Assembly: GCA_034780895.1 (NCBI GenBank)
Contig: JAUZTB010000066.1
Location: 22,604,242 to 22,668,241, forward strand
Source of the DNA: Rhynchobatus australiae
Lineage: Eukaryota
DNA length: 64,000 nt
Direction: 5' to 3'
Below the pieces are notes generated by a model, which was given only the letters and a program-made list of their open reading frames with translations, had not been told where the DNA came from and ran no database searches. Numbering within the stretch: position 1 is the first letter of the stretch; every line of letters starts with the position of its first letter. Of this stretch, positions 24,661 through 37,635 are shown piece after piece. A program made the position numbers and the translations under genes.

Positions 24661-26317
24661 TGCTGGCTTGGTGCCAGGCTCTTTTTCATAACCACACCAC
24701 ATAGTTTTATTGCTGGGATCAACAACTTAGTAATTTGGGTAATGTAGCCACAAGTGATACACTCTGTCTGTGCCTTTCTCCAGGCCTCGGTAGTTCACAG
24801 ATTTATTTTTAGTTTCACATATGGAATCTTTGCTCCAAGATGGCAATGAAATCCAACTTTGCTTTTGTTTGCTGAGCACACCCTTCTGCTGAATGTCATG
24901 AAAGGCAACCACGTGTAGTGACATTGGCCTAAGATTCATTTTCTGAGATAACAGTGAACCCAAAAATCATTAATTACACACAAGTGTCTCATAGCAGTGG
25001 GTGACTGCGGAAGCAGAATTGAACATAGAGATTAGAAAGTGGCTATCCAAGGTGTACCACACCAACCATTAACTTCACACGCATAGCTTCTCACTCTTAA
25101 TCTTGTCAATGAACTGCAATGAGTGCCACAAACTTTCAGCACTTGCACAGGAAATACAAAGCAAACTTGGCACAGGTATTTAAGTCAAACCATTTCAAAC
25201 ATAAGTGCCCTTTATCAGTGTGATCTGTGTTAATTAATTTCTGTTAGTCAAACATGCTTGCACTGAAAATTAACTATTACATGTGTGAAGAGTTATTTTT
25301 TACCTTTTAATTGTAGATGGATTAACAATACCTTGTCCTGTTCTTGTTTCCCTCTTCCTCAGTCCAGCATTTTTTCCCTTTTATCTGACATTGAATTCAC
25401 CACCTCTTTACCAGTTTTATTCTCTCTTCATAGGACAACCCCCTTGCCTTGGGCTCAGATCCAGCATGCCCTGGAGAGGGCCCTATGTAGTTTCCATCTC
25501 ATACTCAATAGCAACTTCCAGAGCGAAGAAACATAATGAATGTTAAATGGGCAATGGCAAATCTATTGACTAGTAGATGCAGTTCCTTGGTCTGCCACTG
25601 CAATTTCTGCTCAATGTTAAAACATATAGAAACTTTAAAATCACTTTAGGAAACCACTAGGTTTTAATTTCGAATAAAATTAAGGAACCAACATCAAATT
25701 ATTGTTTTGGTGTCTAAAGTTCTGCTGGTCAAATTTTGTCATGGTTCACACCTATCATTTCCTTGGCTTAATGTTCACTTTATAAACAGTTGTTCTTAGA
25801 TTAAAACGATTGAAGGAAAGGTCAGCATTACATGTGTGCAGATACAACTTTCAACTTGGTACATAATCTCTGTGATGTTCAGGCCTTCATGGTCAATAAA
25901 TTGATGAGCCTAGTTAATTTCAATCTGGCTAGAAGGCTTGTAACAGCAAATTTATGGATGATCCTCTATCTTAGCATGTCCTACATGAGTGAAGAGCCCA
26001 TGTTTGACAAAATTTACAAGCACGTTGGGGCTATTTAAAACAATTTAGTGGAAAATTGGGAGGACCTTGAATCGCCTGAACTAACCTCTGCTTCTGCTCA
26101 CACAGTTTGTCTTTCTGTAGAGCGAACCCTGCTATGAAGGCTAACTGAAGAGATCTCTCCTTGTATTCCTAAGCAAGATTGACACCTTCACAGACTAATT
26201 ATATAGAAACTGTTGCTGCAATGGTCATAATTATTGTCAGCTGCATTTGCAAAGTATGCACTGAAAATACAATCTGTACTTTCTTCTGGACACATTTTCT
26301 ATTCTCCTGTCTTAATT

Positions 26318-26340
26318 TGTGTGTGTGTGTGTGTGTGTGT
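26318..26340. repeat. (TG)n microsatellite
   Basis: About 11 TG units seen directly. Confidence 0.9.
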
Positions 26341-29300
26341 TTATGTTAACATTGTCTCCCTTCCTGACTCCGCATTTGTTGGTTTTCTTTGAAATTTCTT
26401 TTAAAACTGCTGTAAATTAGTATCCATTTGTAAGCAGCATCCTGCTTATTGTCTTTTCTTGAATGAAAGTTGCATTTTGCACAGTGAGCCACATTTCCCA
26501 ACACCAGTGGCTGAATCAGTGATTCCTACCTGTACATTGATCATCAGATGAAAATCACATACATCCCTTCTATGGAACTAGAGTCTATTGCACTGTTTCC
26601 TGAACTTGCTCTCTGCAGTTTACACTGAGGCAAAAGAATATTCATTTACATAGCATCCTAAGGATGTACCAAAGTGCTTCATACTCAATCAATTACCCAA
26701 TATATAGCCACAGCTATATTGCATGCAGATGCAGCAACTAATTTGACACAGCAGTATTTCAGATCAGGGAAGAATATTTGGTAAGGTTTTAGCTTGGCTG
26801 CAGAGGAAATATGGTACTTCAAGAGTTAAAGACTTGTCTACAAAGACATGACCTGAATTCTTTAGCAGAGTGACAATGAGGCAGATAAGCAGTTCTGACA
26901 GATTCAGATGATGTACTGACACGCACTTCTGAGCTCATTCAAAGATAAAGTGACATTGCTGTCAAATAGATGGTGAATGCAGAATGGTGGCCTCTGATGA
27001 ATCTTCTAATATGGTAAATGTGGGCCTTAATTCTTCATTAAGTGGAAAAGGAGATCTTGCAGTGTAATTTTCTTCTCGCTGTCAGTTTTAAAAATTGCAA
27101 TAAACCAACATTTACAGTTGACTAGTCAGGGATTGCATTTTGTTTAATACATTTTTTAGGCCTCCGCAGAGGTGCCTGAGACTTCTGAGGTAAAACTGTC
27201 TGGATGTTGAGCTATACCCTTGATAATCGTCAGTGGTGTTGCAATACAATGTATAGACCTCATTATAAAGGTATTATTCCAAAAATTAGACAGTTTAGTC
27301 CCACATGATCTTTTTCCCATTTGGGTGCACTGCAAGAGTTAGGAGCAAAGAGCTAAGGAGTTATATCCAGTACTGTCCATTTTGGATGTGGTTTAGGCTG
27401 CATACTGACATAAATGTTGACGATCACATTGTGACAGAACAACAAGAAACATTAATCAAGCCCAAGTGCTATTCCTTGATGGATTGTGTCAGTGGTAGTT
27501 ATGGAAACCATATTTAAGGTCTTTGGACGCTGAATGTTTATGCCCCTGGTAAGGCTTTTTTTCCCACAGAGTTATATAGTTAGGTGCATATTATATTTTC
27601 CACTAAGTTACTGGGTCTCTCCTCTCATAATACCAGTAGTAACACTCACATCAAAGGCATTATATTAAAGATAAATAATGCAGCCCTGTATATAAAACAG
27701 CTGTGTATGTATTTGTGTGAGTTGTTACCCATATCTGATATTTACCCAGTGATATGCAGGGAATTAATATCAAAATAGGGCAGGGATAGTTCATCCAATT
27801 CATAAATATTGTGCATTGATGGATTTACTATACTTTTGATTTTATGTTCGTTAGTATCAGATAATTTTAGTTTGGAATGGGTTAAATTTGGGTGTTGGCA
27901 TAATTTTTTTGACCAATCAGTTAGAAAATATTATTCCACTACAGGGAAATTTAATAAATTAGACTTTTAGTTAAATATTTTATTCCTAATAATGTTTTGT
28001 GACACACGGCATAGTGGGATTCCACAGCTCTCAGTAAGGTTTACTGTAGAAGCCAATATTTTTCCCTANNNNNNNNNNNNNNTTTTTCATCATCTCTGTC
28101 CCTTTAAAAAAAACAGTGATTTAGTCTAAATGCCTCCTGATTTATTTGTGCAGAGGCTGCTGGCAAGTCAGTATCTGTGCAATTTATTGCTAACCATCAC
28201 TTTTACATGATAGGTTTGTAACAAATATCCGACGCATATTGTTAAATTAATCTTCCATTTAAAATTAATGGAGTTAGACTCCCCAGGTTCAATGTAATTT
28301 CATGTTCATGGGCAGGGAGTAATGTGTACTGCATATGAATGAGGCAAGGCCAAATGCCCTAATCTCTCATCACCTTGAACTCTCTGGCTAGGACGCATTC
28401 TCAGCACGAGGTAATGAGATTGTGCTTTATACTCTCCTGAGGACAGACGGAAAGAAGCTTCTTGTCTTGTCTTCAGATATTTTGGACTCGCATCACATTT
28501 TCATAATTCTGCAGATAAGAAATTCCACTTTTTTTTAAGAAGCAAATATAAAATGGATACTGAGTGGATGAATTAAAGTGTGCACTGCTGTTTTTAAATG
28601 GGAAACAGGCAGATCTGCATACTACGAAATGCAGTCATGCCTTCTAGCCTTGCTCTTGAAAAAAGAAAACATGAAACCCAAGTCTTTGATGAATTCCTTA
28701 TTATTATGAGTCAATCGGTGATTGAGTGACCTTGGAAGAATTGCATTTGTACTGTGTTTGCTGAACAAGAGGATAGAATGATGTCTTTTCCTTTTCCCCC
28801 AATATCCTCAGAACATTTTTAATGTTGGTGGAGGTGGGGGCACAATTCCACACTAAATGCAGATAGAACCATAGCATATACCAGTCATAAGTCTCACATA
28901 TAATTCACAAAACATTCCAGGTTCCATATTCATATAGCCTGCTTCATGGATGAATTATTTAATACATTTCAACACATCAAAGGTTAGAATATTCCTTCCA
29001 CTTGGTTTCATTTAGAAGTAGGTAAGATTGGTGTGAATATCTGATATTTTCATTTCCCTCCCACTGCCCCCCCCCCCGTTTTAGAATTGATTGTGTCAGA
29101 AAACAAGATCCAACACTGCAATAGTTCATCACTCATTGCTTGTACCTCCAGCTTGTGGTTCCACAAGTGCAGTTAATGCCATATGACTCGGGTAAATAAT
29201 TTGGCCAGTATTACTAACTAGTGCCACAAATTTCTGTGTTAACTGTGTGATTTTTCTGCCCAAGTATCACAGTCTTTACATGTAAAACCCTGGGGGAGTC

Positions 29301-29399
29301 AGGTTTGGTTTCACACTGGAGGGTCAATGGGTGCACATATGACAGGAATGTAAGGTACAGAAGAAAATACTTGAAATAATGGAACGCCATTCATGATCT

Positions 29400-29932
29400 C
29401 ATTGTTCGCTAAAGCTCCTCACAGCTCATGAAGTACCCGGGAAAGTAGTCGTGTCAGTAATGTAGGAAGGCATATCAGCCAATCAGCTAACAGGAAGATC
29501 CTCAAATCCACAATGAAATTAATAACAGGATGAACAGGTTTTCTGAAGACATGAGAGACTGCAGATGCTGGAACCCTGAGGTAAAAACAAACTGTTCGAG
29601 GAACTCAGCGGGTTGAGCAGCATCTGTGAAGAAAAGGAATTGTTGGCAGCAGCTGTGGAGAAAAAGGAATTTCCCTCCACAGATGCTGTCTGATCCTCAG
29701 TTCTTCGAGCAGTTTATTTTGTGAACAGTTTTTTGCTGTTGCTTGGGAGATGAAATGTTGGGCAGAGCACTAGAGGAACTCCCTGATTATTCTCCAACTA
29801 GTGCAATATATTCTTCTGTGTCAACTCAAATAGAGCAGACATCTCATTCAAAGGATGGCACATCTGTCAATGTAACTCTCAGTCAGTACCACACTGAAAT
29901 GATAGCAAGAATTCTGTGCTCAGGGCTCTGAG
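29400..29932 (-). mobile_element. DeuSINE-like SINE, interrupted by a PLE fold-back insertion
   Basis: Reverse-complement SINE blocks lie on both sides of the insertion: tgaagtac..aagtagtc...taatgtaggaa..cagccaat..caggaagatcc.caaa on the left, and gttgggcagagcactagaggaactccctg..tctcattcaaaggatggcac..ctctcagtcagtacc on the right. Confidence 0.6.
29543..29721. mobile_element. Fold-back PLE terminal-repeat insertion with 12-bp TSD
   Basis: gagactgcagatgctgg...gaggaactcagcgggttgagcagcatctgtg, followed by inverted ccacagatgctg..tcagttcttcgagcagttt. Flanks are tgaacaggtttt (29531-29542) and tgaacagttttt (29722-29733). Confidence 0.8.
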
Positions 29933-30461
29933 GGGCAGATTGCTGATACAGGGAGTGTGAAAGGCCATGTGCACAGTGAAACTTCCAATGCAATTTATTC
30001 CACAATAAATCATTTCCTCAAACACAGCATAAATGCTGCAATTATACTAAGGGAAATTGTTCATGATCTTACTTGTTGTTGTGATCTCATAAGTCCCCAA
30101 AGAGTTAGGTAAATGTGAAATGATTGAGTAATTTGGACATCCTGCAGGAAATCTGTGTAATTGAAGTTATTTAGCTGTTATCATGCCTGTGTGTCTTCTC
30201 ATCAGAGTGAAGGATGACTTTCCCCTCATCTGGCATAATTAACCACTTTAGGTAAGGGATGGAAGTAATCCAGTACTTTATTCACTGTGGCCTGGGATTC
30301 TGTGGTATTCCTTTGTCAACAGCTAATTTTATCCTCCTTTATTTTGTGCCTGTCATACTCATTTTCTGGTCACTATTTCACTATAACTACTGTAAAGTTT
30401 TTAAAAAAAGGGTAAATTTTTAACCCTTCCCACATAAAGTAACAGAGCAGAAGAACAGATA

Positions 30462-30609
30462 GGAGACACAAGAGACTTCAGATGCTGATATCTGGAGCAA
30501 CAAACAATCTGCTGGAGGCACTCAGTGGGTTGAGCAGCATCTGTGGGAGGAAGGAAATTATCGATATTTCGGGTTGAAACCCTGCATCAGGACTAGTGCA
30601 TCAGGGTTT
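30462..30609 (-). mobile_element. PLE terminal-repeat insertion with perfect 15-bp TSD and hammerhead-like motif
   Basis: gcagaagaacagata is repeated exactly at 30447-30461 and 30610-30624. Minus-strand motif is gtcCTGATGCagggtt(tc)aacccGAAAtatcgat. Confidence 0.85.
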
Positions 30610-31639
30610 GCAGAAGAACAGATAAGGTAATCTGAGAATGGTTTATTTTTGCATGGTTCTCTCTAGCCACAGTTTCAAATCATGGATTCTGTTACTTAGA
30701 AATTCATTCCCAGGCTGTGATACTGAACACCCCTATCGTCATTCTAAACTCTGAAGTCAGTGTACAACGTGTTGACATGACCATGTAGCCCATCTTATTC
30801 TTTTAGTTGAGAGTCAATCTCTAGCTAAGCATTACATGAATCCCAGTTGCATTTTACAAGTGCACTGAGCAGGATGTTCTGTGCAATTGCCTCACTTAGG
30901 GAAAACGAGTTGGAAGGAGAGAGTTGAAAAATTTCTCTGGGATGCATTCCTGTAGACCTCATGAAATAAGTCAGATTTTGCTGTTCCAGATTGGTCACTT
31001 CCCTATTTATGAAATGACCCTAATCCAAATTGTTTCCACCGGGGCCTCTGGGCCCCACTATCTTGAATACCACTCCCCCAAGTCATCCAGTTGGAGGGAT
31101 GTCAGTGGTAGCCTGTCATTCAGATTGATGAGATTCCTCATGAAGATTCTCATATGGGTCTACTGTGAGCTCCTTAGCCAACTCCCCCCAGCCTGCCTGG
31201 ATTACAACCCAATTAACATTCACATTTATCTGGTGTGGTTTCACTTCACATTGACAGTATACTTTTATCTTGCATCCTGATTTTCAATGCTTCCTTGGTG
31301 CTAATTACTTTCCATTTGGTTCCTTTGCTTTCTATCTTGTATTTCTCATCTTCTCCTTCTTTCGTCTAAGCCAGTCATATTCCTCAGCTGTATTGATAGA
31401 GCTGATTTTCCCCGTGGTGTCATTACTGAGTGAGGACCTGCATAGCAGCATTGCACACTATGCTACAACACTTTAACTGTGTGCATCTTTGTCAGACTGT
31501 GAATGGATGGGGATGGCATTGTCCTGTTGAGCTGGTGCAGACAAGCATTTCAGACCTGGCTAGTCATCAACAAAAGTTTGTGCAACTTCACGAACAACTT
31601 CTGAGAAACTTTGCTCTTAATCTATACTGGCACTTCGGT

Positions 31640-31925
31640 GTAAAACTGAGTGAGTGCTGTACAGTCAGAGGTGCTGCTTTTGGGACCTGTTAACTCAATA
31701 CACCATCTTCTCCCTCAGATGGATGTTAAAAGATTCTGGAAAGGCAGGTCAAAGAAGAACAACAAAACTTACTGTGGTGCCCTGGTCAACATTCATCCTT
31801 GTATGGACATCACTAAAACAAGTTGCTTACCATATTTGCCCATTATCACAGTACTTCATTGATTGTATTGAACTTAGTAACTTATTGTGATGGTAAGAGG
31901 CAGTAGTTGAATCCAAGTCTTTTTG
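31640..31925 (+). mobile_element. DeuSINE-like SINE, degraded
   Basis: actgagtgagtgctgtacagtcagaggtgctg, ctcagatggatgttaaagat, ggtgccctggtcaacattcatcc..catcactaaaaca and agtacttcattg blocks. Confidence 0.6.
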
Positions 31926-34920
31926 TCTGTCTTCATTTCTGGGGTAAAATACAAGAATCTCCTTAACAATGGTATCGAATATGCTCTGTTACTCCAGTGG
32001 CGTGGTATTTTGTGCCTCCTTGAACTTTCTTCTTCTGGCCTTTGGTTCATTTGTCTGAGATGTCATTTAAAAACCTCAGTGTTGTCAAGGGAGAACACCG
32101 CACTCTCACAGGTGTCTCTCCATCTTCTGTGCTTCATACTCTAAGACAGCTATACAAAGATAGCTCAAGGAAAGTTATTTTCCACTGAATTCCTCCTGGT
32201 GTGGTATTGTGAATGGGGATAGATGGCTATAGTCTGAATTTATGGTGTGACTGGGCTGACCTTCAGGATGCCACTGAACAGAGATGCTGCAGAAAATGTC
32301 TGTTCCCAAGATGCCTCTGACCTACACTTTGAAAACTTGAAATCAAAGAACAAAGTCGGTTGAGAAAGCACTCTGCTGTCTCACTTTATAACATTTTTGA
32401 TTAAACGCTGCTCCAGAGTCTCGTTTGATTTGAAGGTGAGTTCAAAATAAGGACAAGAATCAACTAACATGAACCAATTAGTGACCACAACCAAATTTTA
32501 CCTCTAAATCCTGATTCCAAGTCTACCTCAGTTTCAGAAATCTTAAAGATTTTTTGCATTTTGAAAGATTACTATCATCAAGGCTCCTTAGAGCAAGTTT
32601 TCACTTTTAATACAACGTGTCTCCACTTACTGCAAATGATTTGCATCCTGTTGCTGTGAGACAGTTTACAGTAAGGCTGGGATTCTGCTGCTGCTGGGTA
32701 GGTAAATATGGGAGGCAGTCTTCCACACCTGCAGAGCTTCAAAGGTCAGACCTTGCTCTCGATTACCAGTCTGTAGATCAAATATCTTCATCCAGGGTCT
32801 TCAAGTATTCTGACCTGGTTTCTGATGTTGGTGGCAAAAGCTCTCTTTCTTCAAACTTTGGCTGCGGTATGTTTTGATGAGACCTCAGGNNNNNNNNNNA
32901 GAAAGTTATTAAAGTATGAGTTCATTTTTATTTTCCGTTGACTTAAAGTTAACGTAGCCAGTAATACCATAGAAAACAGATCTTGTTCCTGTTCATAAGT
33001 AGGATCAAGCTGCAAAATGGCTGATATTGATTCATGATATTGATATGAGGCCACTCAGCCCATTTTCTGCATACTGACTCTTTCAAATTCTCATCCCACT
33101 TCCCCATTCTGTTCTTCTACTTTCCCTATTTTTCCCTCTGTCTCAAACTTTCCACATTTCACCACCTGGAAACATTTTTCTTACCATCTCCTTTAGTGAT
33201 CACTCAATACTGTCTCCCAAGTGTAAGGAAATTCCCCATCCTTCCTCATTCTATAAAAATCATATACAGTTTTTAAAAAATTTAAATCCCCTCCTAGCCA
33301 CCTTTATCAGTGTTGAAATAATCCCATCAAGTATAGGTGGTGACAACCACAGCACTTAAGAAATACATTATTGTATGTGGAGTATTTTCAGATCTTCATG
33401 AAATGTGGTAAAATATTCTAAAAGTGTAAGTATTTTTGATTGTTTAAAAAGCTCCAAATGAGCAGTGAAAATACCAAATGTAAATAATAAAATAAATAGC
33501 AAGGAGTATCAACAGCTTACTGACTCTCTGTAATGAGGAACAATTAAGAAATAACAATGGTAGTTGGCCAGAAATAATGATTCTGCTGCACTGATAAGAG
33601 TTGATTGAAAGTAAGGATGAATGATGGCAGGATGTCCTGGGCCTCTTTGTTCGATTCGGCTCTGATTATGGAGCCTATTAGCAGGAGTTATGACCTATTT
33701 AAGTGCAAAGCCTTCTGGTAATAGGGGCCAAATGATTCTGGAAGGTTCAGATTCACTAGGCTCCCTGCAGAAATGAATTTAGTACTGAAAGCATTGATGT
33801 AAGACTTGAACAGGCCTGTTCTTATGGGACTTGAGTGTGCGTGCACTGCAGAAAAGCTGTGGATACAAACTGTGAGTGACTGGGATGAAGGACAATTTTT
33901 TTTTACTGTTTGTCATGACAATGAAGTCCTGCAAATTTTATCCCTTATGAGAAATGAACAATTACAACATGTGCAACAACACAGAATGTATCACAACAAA
34001 AAAAAATCATGGCTCTGAGTACATTATTTCACAATAAAATCTTTTCCTGTCTAGTCCCAGATTTTAACTTCAAAATTATTTGTTAAACCCCATTTTCTTT
34101 TTCCTTTCTTGGTGTACAAAGGCAAAAAAAGCTCAACACACATAACAACAATGCTAATAAAAAAAATACAAGTACCACTTTAATACTATCCAAAAGCCCA
34201 ACAGAAGAAAATGATGAACATTGTAAAAACTTTAGACAATTTCTCCTCATGTTTTTAAGACCCTCACACGTGCTTAGAGTCTCAATAATCTGACAGGTAT
34301 CACCCGTTGTTGATTTTTATGTTTTTGATGCATTGTCTGAGCATCTATCAATGTCTTTAGAACTGCCCTCATTTTCAGACTTTGAAATATTGTATAAACC
34401 TGTAACATTTCCAACATTTCTTTCATTGATATTAAAATAAAGAACCCAATTGCAAGCTTTTCGACAAAGCAGCTTATCATCAAATCATCATTAGTTATCA
34501 CAGCAGCCCAACTTCCATAGCCATCCCTTTAGCCTGTTGAAACAGTCCACCCATTCACCCCTTTGATATTGGCAGTTGATTTCCCAGTTAAATAAAACTG
34601 TCACCCTTACTCCCTGACTGGAGTTATACCCAGCTTCAGCCTGCTCTCTTGCACATTCATATCTTCTAGCCACACTCTGCCACTATTATTCATTACATCC
34701 CACATAATCACTAATTGTCCTTTTGTCTCTCCTCCTCTCTCCACTCCCTAATTCATTGATCTTCACTGATAGCATGTTCTACCTTTTCTCTCATTGTCTC
34801 TCCTTCCATTAAAACGGCTTTACCATCTTCATTTGTTCCCCCTTTCTCTTTCTAACTCTCTCTCCTGCACTGCCTCCATTGTATATTTCTGATTTTTACT
34901 CGTGTCATCCGTCACCACTC

Positions 34921-35275
34921 TTAGACCATAAGACATAGGAGCAGAATTAAGCCATTCGGCTCTTCGAGTCTGCTCCCCCATTCAGTCATGGCTGATTTAT
35001 TTTTCCCTCTTAACCCCATTCTCCTGCCTTCTCCCTGTAACATTTGACACCCTTACCANNNNNNNNNNNNNNNNNNNNNNNNNNNNNNNNNNNNNNNNNN
35101 NNNNNNNNNNNNNNNNNNGTGGCAATGAATTCCACAGATTCACCACCCTCTGGCTAAAGAAATTCCTCCTCATCTCTGTTTCAAAGGGATGTCCTTCTAT
35201 TCTGAGGCTGTGCACTCTGGTCCTCAACTTTTCCACTACTGGAAACCTCCTCTCCATGTCCACTCGATCCAGGCT
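34921..35275 (-). mobile_element. CR1 LINE 3' end (contains an N gap)
   Basis: Minus frame LDRVDMERRFPVVEKLRTRVHSLRIEGHPFETEMRRNFFSQRVVNLWNSLP is the CR1 ORF2 end. Tail agaccataagacataggagcagaatta is present. Confidence 0.92.
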
Positions 35276-35877
35276 GCTTACTGTCACCCAGTTCCTTATC
35301 CTCCTGTTAGCTGCTTACAGCTGCTAATGGACCAAATCAGAGCCTTCCCTTACTGTAAAGAATGGTTGTGAAAGGAGTGATTGAGTGACAATGAAAGAGG
35401 CAATACACGCAGTGAAGGAGAGAAGATGATGAACAGGAGAGACAAAGGCCAGGACCTGCGACTTTCTATGATTGACTTCTACCATGGTGTCACTTATGAT
35501 GCATAGCAGGTGGACCATTGAGCAAGAGGGACCACAGTCTGATCTGTCAGTTGACCTTGGAAGGGAGTAGGACAGCAGAAGAGTGATAAAGAAAGATGCA
35601 GCAGACAGTTCTGATAGGATAGCACTCAGTTCCCACCAGATATATATGGTATTTAATGATGACATTTGACCATGCGATGATAAAAACATAGTGTTACAGT
35701 TTCCCTTTATAGAAAGTATCTCATTGATCCCATTGGTTGATTGCAATGTGACTATCTGCCCATATACATCAGTAACTGTTATCTAAATATGTTTCTGGGT
35801 AATCACTTGCTAATCTTGAGGGCTTAAGGTGAATGTGCATTTGTTGATCAATATATTAAAGCTATTGTAGATGCAAG

Positions 35878-36110
35878 AAGGCATGGTAACATAGTGGTTA
35901 AGTTGTTGGACGCAGCTAAAGTTCATTGTGTCTCAAAGAGACACATTCAAAAGGCAATCAGGAACTTAAATTCAAGTAACTCAGTAGGTTTAGAATTTTT
36001 AAAAAATCTATTCTCTGTAAAGGTGTCCATGAAGCTCTTGGATTGCCATAAGAAACAATCTGGTTCTCTATGTCCTTCAAGGAAAGAAATCTGTTATCCT
36101 TACATGCACA
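35878..36110 (+). mobile_element. SINE-like repeat family A copy, degraded
   Basis: ggcatggtaacatagtggttaag (A-box-like), aacttaaattcaagtaa and ccatgaagct..ggattg..atctggttc..tgtccttcaaggaaagaaatctg blocks. Confidence 0.55.
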
Positions 36111-37118
36111 TTGGTGTCTGTTTAACTGAACTCAGATACCAAATTGACATTAAATCATTCATTTATTTCCTGGAAAATTTAGCATGTCATATAGCAATGA
36201 ACAATCAAAATTAAAAATGACCAAATAAGGTTTTTCATAATACTGATGCATGTTTACTCAAGGGATTGTCATAGATAATGACTTCAACAAACAGATACAA
36301 GTAGGCACTCACTGACCTATGAGGTACCAAGACTTAGAGCACCCTCAAATTAAAATGTAAATAATTAATACTCCATGTGTGGAGACACATGCAACCAGCA
36401 ATCAAATCCATGCATGCTTTTAGGAATAGAACTATTAGCAAATATTTTACCAATAACTCAAATTGGAGTTTGCAGTTTACTTTTTAATTGTCACAACTTG
36501 TAATCTGATATTGTAAATAGTTTCTTATCTTGATACTTATTGTCAGAGTTAATATGTTTGAATACTTAAGGACCAAACAACAGGAAAATATTTTTGATTG
36601 GAAAGGATATGTAGAAAATTTTGGTGTTTAATGTGATCTGTTGAGAAAACTTGGTGCTATTCTTCACAAATTACAGATATTGTACTGCCAGAATGTTAAA
36701 GTTAGTGCCAATTCCTTTTTCTTATATGTGAACCAAGGCAACGATTTTAGCAACTGCACTTGTGTTGCAACTCTTTCTTATTTTCTCATTAATTCATCTA
36801 ATAGTAATTCCAGTGCAAACCATGAGATGTATAATACATTATATCAAAGGCCTTGCTAATACCACATATAAATGCAACTTGGTTAAAATAAAGTGATAGT
36901 GAAGTTGTACTTGAACATAAAAGCAAGAAACCTCAATTTTAAACTATTGAGGCAGATGCTTCTTTGATGTACAAATCACTTCTGCCATGGTTTTAATGAA
37001 GATTAAAGTAGCTAGATGCAAATCAGATTGTTGGCCTGATCCCATCAACCTCCTGCTTTGCAGATTAAGTAAAAATTATCCCCAATATGTTCATCACAGG
37101 TGGATCAGTTCAAATATA

Positions 37119-37134
37119 TGTGTGTGTATATGTA

Positions 37135-37177
<43 letters not shown>

Positions 37178-37196
37178 GCACCACACACTGTATATA
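37119..37196. repeat. Compound (TG)n/(TA)n microsatellite
   Basis: About 16 TA units at 37143-37174, flanked by TG/CA units. Confidence 0.9.
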
Positions 37197-37334
37197 TAAA
37201 AAAAAGTGGTAAATCTATTATCAGTGAATTTGGTATTGGTATTTGGATGATATAGGCAAGACAATGATTGCTTCTCAGGGTGTTCTTCTTCAACAGCCGG
37301 CAGTAGAACTCCCCCATTTGGGCACATCGATGTT

Positions 37335-37635
37335 AGCTGTGGCTCAGTTGGTGAGACTCTCTTCTCTGAGTCACAGATTGTGGATTTGAGTCCTACTCCA
37401 GAAACTTGAGCACAAAAATCTAGCTTGCTGAAGTATAGTAGTCCAAGGCACTGAATTGTAGAAGAGATGTTAAACTGACATCCCCCTTCTGTTCCATCAG
37501 ATATATGTGACAGATCCAATGGTCTGATTTGTAGAAGAGCAACAATGTTATTAACAGTGTCATGGCCAAATTTTATTATCAATTGACATCACAGAAGCAG
37601 ATTACCCAATCACTATATTACTGTTTATGAGAGTT
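37335..37635 (+). mobile_element. DeuSINE/SacSINE1-like tRNA-derived SINE
   Basis: tRNA-like head tggctcagttggt (A box) and ggatttgagtcc (B box), then acttgagcacaaaaatctag, gagatgttaaactga and gaagagca..gtgtcatggccaaa (Deu-domain-like). Confidence 0.72.

Noticed and set aside
37335-37410. tRNA-like sequence with A and B boxes (also 41136-41205)
   Set aside because: These are SINE heads continuing into SINE bodies, with no intact cloverleaf.
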